From NCBI RefSeq assembly GCF_009914755.1, contig NC_060939.1: a stretch of DNA of 64,000 bases; one strand, written 5' to 3'. Both the position numbers and the translations under genes were made by a program. The DNA is from the human T2T-CHM13v2.0 reference genome, Homo sapiens. The notes beneath the pieces are model-generated. The model did no database searches and was not told where the DNA came from. It saw only the letters and a list, made by a program, of their open reading frames with translations. Position 1 is the first letter of the stretch, and each line of letters starts with the position of its first letter. Shown piece by piece: positions 59,625-64,000 of this stretch.

Positions 59625-61747
59625 TCAATCAATATAATCCTCCATGTTAATAAGGAGCAAAATCCACAAGATCATCTCAATAGGTGCAGGAAAAGCATTT
59701 GACAAATTTCAACACTCCTTCCTGATAAAAATACTCAACAAACTAGGAATAGAAGGGAGCATGCTCAACCTGATAAAGGGCATCTACAAAACTCCACAGC
59801 TAACAGCATATTTAATGGTGAAATACTAAATGCTTGTCCCCTAAGATAAGGAACAAGACAAGGACGTCCTGCTACTCCCATTCAACACTGTACTGGGAGT
59901 TCTATCTAGGGCAACTAGGCAAGGAAAAGAAATACAAAGCATACAGATTGGAAAGAAGAAGTAAAATTATCTCTATTTGCAGATGCTAAAATCTTATATA
60001 CAGAAAATCCCAAGGAATCCATTAAAAAACCTATATGACAGATTCAGTAAGATTGCAGGATACAAGGCCAATATATAAAAATCAACTGCATTTCTATATG
60101 TTAGCAATGAACAGTTGGAAAATGAAATTTAAAAACAATTCAATTTAAGTAGCATCAAAAAGAAACACTTAGGAATACATTAAAAAAAGACCTGGAGGGT
60201 TTGTAAGATGAAGACTACAATACATTGCTGAAAGGTATTAACAAATATCTAAATAAATGGAAAGATATTTTATATTCTTGGATCAGATGACATTGTTAAA
60301 AATGTAACTGCTTCACAAATTGGTCTACAGATTCAACGTAATCCCTATAAAAAAATCCCAGCTTTTTTTTTTTTTTGCGAAAAATGACAAGCTGTTCCTA
60401 AAATTCAGATGAAAATGCAACAGACCCAGAATAGCCAAAGTAATACTTCAAAAGAAGTTGAAGAACTCAGATTTCCTGATTCCAAAACTTTCTAGCTATC
60501 TGTAGCAATCAAGACAGCAAGGTAATGGCATAAGGACAGTCGTTTCTAACAATGGAATATAGAGTCCAGAAAACAATTTTTTTTTAAACAAAGGTGCCAA
60601 GAATATTCATCGGGGAAAGAACAGTCTTCAACCAACAGTGTTGGGACAACTGGATATCCATATGCGAAAGGATGAAGTTGTACACCTATTTCAGACCATA
60701 CAAAAAAATTAACTAAAAAATGGATCACAGATGTAAATATCAGAGCTAAAACTAGAAACCTCTTGGAAGAAAACATAGGGGTAAATCTTCGTGACCTTGA
60801 ATTAGGCAATAGTTTCTTAGACACAGCAGCAAAAGCACACACAACAAAAGAAAAAATAGTTTAACTGGATTGCATCAAAACTGAAAACCTGTGTTTCAAA
60901 AGATACCATCAAGAGAGTGAAAAGCCAACTCATACACTGGGAGAAAATCTGTGCAAAGCATTTGTCTGATAAAGGAACTGCATCCAGAATATATAAAGAA
61001 AGCTTGCAGCTCGACAAGAAAATGACAATCCAATTTAAAAATGGGCAAAGGATTTTAACAGGCACTTCCGCAAAAAAGATATATGAACAATCCATAAGCA
61101 AATAAAAAGATGCTAATGATATATTAGTCATTAGGGAAGTGCAAACCAAAACCACAAGGACATACCACATTGTACCCACTAGGATGACTCTAACAAAAAA
61201 CAGTAAGTTGGAGAGAACATGGAGAAACAGTAGCCTTCATTCACTGCTACCAGAAACGTAAAGTGGTGCCGCCACTTTGGAAAAGAGTTTGGCAGCTACT
61301 CCAAAAGTTAAACACAGAATTCTCACTCACCAATTCCATTCCCAGGTATATACACAAGGGAAATGAAAACATGTCCACATGGTAACTCGTACACAAAAGT
61401 TTATATCAGCATTATTCCTAACAGCCAAAAAAGTGGAAACAATCCAAATACCAATCAACCAATGACTGTATTTATACAATGTGATATCTCCAAACAATGG
61501 AATAGTATTTGGCAATAAAAAGAAACATTGATGTATGTGACAACATGCATGACTTGAAAATACTATGCTAAGGGAAAAAAGCCTGTCAGGAAGGACCACG
61601 TATTATACTACTCCATTTACATGAAATGTCCAGATAGGCAAATTTGTAGATACAGACATTAGATGAGTGGTTACCTAGGGCTTAAGAGGGAGATGGGGAA
61701 TGACTGCTACCAAGCATGGGGTTTCTTTTGGGAATGACTGTGGTGAT

Positions 61748-63116
61748 ATGGCACCATTCCTTGGGGTGATCAGCCAGCAACCTGGTGGCAAGTTGATTAT
61801 ATTGTACCTTTTCCATCATGGAAACGGCAGTGGTTTGTCCTCACTGGAATAGACACTTACTCCGGATATGGGTTTGCCTATCCTGCACGAAATGCTTCTG
61901 CCAAGACTACCATCCGTGGAGTCTCGGAATGCCTTATCCACCATCATGGTATTCCACACAGCACTGCCTCTGACCAAGGCACTCACTTTACAGCTAAAGA
62001 GGTGTGGCAGTGGGCTTATGCTCATGGAATTCACTGGTCTTACCATGTTCTCCATCATCCTGAAGAGGCTGCAAAGAACGGTGGAATGGCCTTTTGAAGT
62101 CACAATTACAATGCCAACTAGGTGACAACACTTTGCAGGGCTGAGGCAAAGTTCTCCAGCAGGCCGTATATGTTCTGAATTAGCATCCAATATACGGTAC
62201 TGTTTCTCCCATAGCCAGGATTCACGGTCCAGGAATCAAGGGGTGAAACTGAACTGACACCACTCACCATCACCCCTAGTGATCCCCTAGCAAAATTTTT
62301 GCTTCCTGTTCCCCCGACATTACATTCTGCTGGCCTGGAGATCTTAGTTCCAGAGGGAGAAATGCTGCCACCAGGAGACACAATGATTCCATTAAACTGG
62401 AAGATTGGTACCCACCTGGACACTTTGGGCTCCTCCCACCTTTAAGTCAACAGGCCAAGAAGGGAGTTACAGTGTTGACTGGGGTGACTGACCTGGACTA
62501 TCAAGATGAAATCAGTCTACTACTCCACAAAGGAGGTAAGGAAGAGTATGCATGGAATACAGGAGATCCATTAGGGCGTCTCTTAGTATCACCATGCCCT
62601 GTGACTAAGGTCAATGGGAAACTACAACAGCCCAATCCAGGCAGGACTACAAATGACCCAGACCATTCAGGAATGAAGGTTTGGGTCACTCCACCAAGAA
62701 AAAACCGACGTCTTGCTGAGGTGCTTGCTGAAGGCAAAGGGAATACAGAACGGGTAGTAGAAAAAGGTAGTTATCGATACCAGCTACAACCATGTGACCA
62801 GCTGCAGAAATGAAGTCTGTAATTATTTCCTCCTTTTTTTGCTAAAAACATGTTTGTGCATGTATACACTTGTACTAAGAAAGTATATTTCCTTTTCCTT
62901 TATCATGTGACATAACATTTATTGACTTCATATCAGCATGTTAAGTATTGTTAACTTTATGTAATAGTATTTGGGTTGGGGATTGGTGTATTTCTGGTTG
63001 TACGAAGGATAGCTGTAGTATGTTAGGGGTAATTATGACCTTATTATTGTCTTTATTTGAAGACTATGTGTGTTCTCAGGAGATGTGTATGGGTTCAAGT
63101 TGACTTGGGGTGGACT
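61748..63116 (+). mobile_element. HERV-L internal remnant (integrase, dUTPase, PPT)
   Basis: cagccagcaacctggtggcaagttgattatatt (PATWWQVDY integrase); dUTPase remnant LTGVTDLDYQDEISLLLH..GKEEYAWNTGDPLGRLLV. Confidence 0.88.
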
Positions 63117-63589
63117 TGTGATGGTTGATACTGAGTGTCAACTTGATTAGATTAAAGGATACAAAGTATTGATCCTGGATGTGTCTGTGAGGGTGTTGCC
63201 AAAAGAGTTTAACATTTGGGTCAGGGGGCTGGGGAAGGCAGATCCACCCTTAATCTGGTGGGCACAATCTAATCAGCTGCCAGCAAATACAAAGCAGGCA
63301 GAAAAACATGAAAAGGAGAGGTGGGCCTAGGCTCCCAGCCTACATCTTTCTCCTGTGCTAGATGCTTCCTGCCCTGGAACATCAGACCCCAAGTTCTTCA
63401 GTTTTGGGACTGGGACTGGCTCTCCTTGCTCCTCAGCTTGCGGACAGCCTATTGTGGGATGTTGTGATTACGTAAGTTAATACTTAATAAACTCCCCTAT
63501 ATATATATGCACACATACATACACACACACTACTTAATAAACTCCCATATATATGTATGTGTGTATCTCCTCTACAGAACCCTAATACA
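63117..63589 (+). mobile_element. MLT2A (probably MLT2A2) 3' LTR of HERV-L
   Basis: tgtgatggttgatactgagtgtcaacttgatt...gggtgttgccaaaagag...agaaccctaataca. Confidence 0.9.
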
Positions 63590-64000
63590 TGGCTGCATGA
63601 CCTTGTGCTAAAACTCATTCAATCGCACACTTTAAATGGGTGAATTATATGGCATGTGAATTCTATCTTTATAAAGCTGCTTAGAAAAGAAACAATACTT
63701 CTATGAATGGCTTTGTACATGTCTTCTTATGCATAGATATAATGTCCTACCAGGTCAGCTACTGTGAGAATCACTGAGACAAACACAGGTGCTGCTTAGT
63801 TGACCTTGGTTTAAATACTATTTAAGCCAACCAACACTATACGAGAGTAAACGTTTACTCAAAGATTTCTAAATACTTGACAAAATCAATCTTCTTAGTA
63901 TTTGCTAATCCATTTGGTGAAAAGATGTTGTCACAAGTTGAATTTGCATTTCCCTGATAACCAACAAGGCTCAGCGTCCTATACACTTATTGACCATTTG

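Overview
Primate (human-like) genomic DNA, almost entirely intronic, from the middle/3' part of ADAMTS17, which is transcribed on the - strand. Four coding exons with canonical AG/GT ends can be read and splice in frame: 46109-46029 (81 nt, spacer cassette, missed by the ORF track), 36404-36247 (158 nt), 34079-33920 (160 nt) and 31340-31205 (136 nt). Together they encode the spacer and a TSP1 repeat. The rest is transposon-rich: a full-length but inactive L1PA4-like LINE-1 (49917-56066, antisense to the gene), a MER11 (HERV-K/HML-8) solo LTR, a 5'-deleted HERV-L with an MLT2A LTR, MaLR LTRs, nine Alus, old L1M/L2/MIR fragments and MER DNA transposons. There is also a 3'-truncated 5S rRNA pseudogene and two tandem arrays (20 bp x13; 112 bp x5). 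The most interesting lead is that the L1 antisense ORF0 is extended here and stays open through an antisense splice donor whose phase matches the next ADAMTS17 exons, predicting an L1-ORF0/ADAMTS17 ancillary-domain fusion transcript (inference, untested). Repeat subfamily names and gene identity come from recall of consensus sequences, not from a database search, and old-repeat boundaries are approximate.
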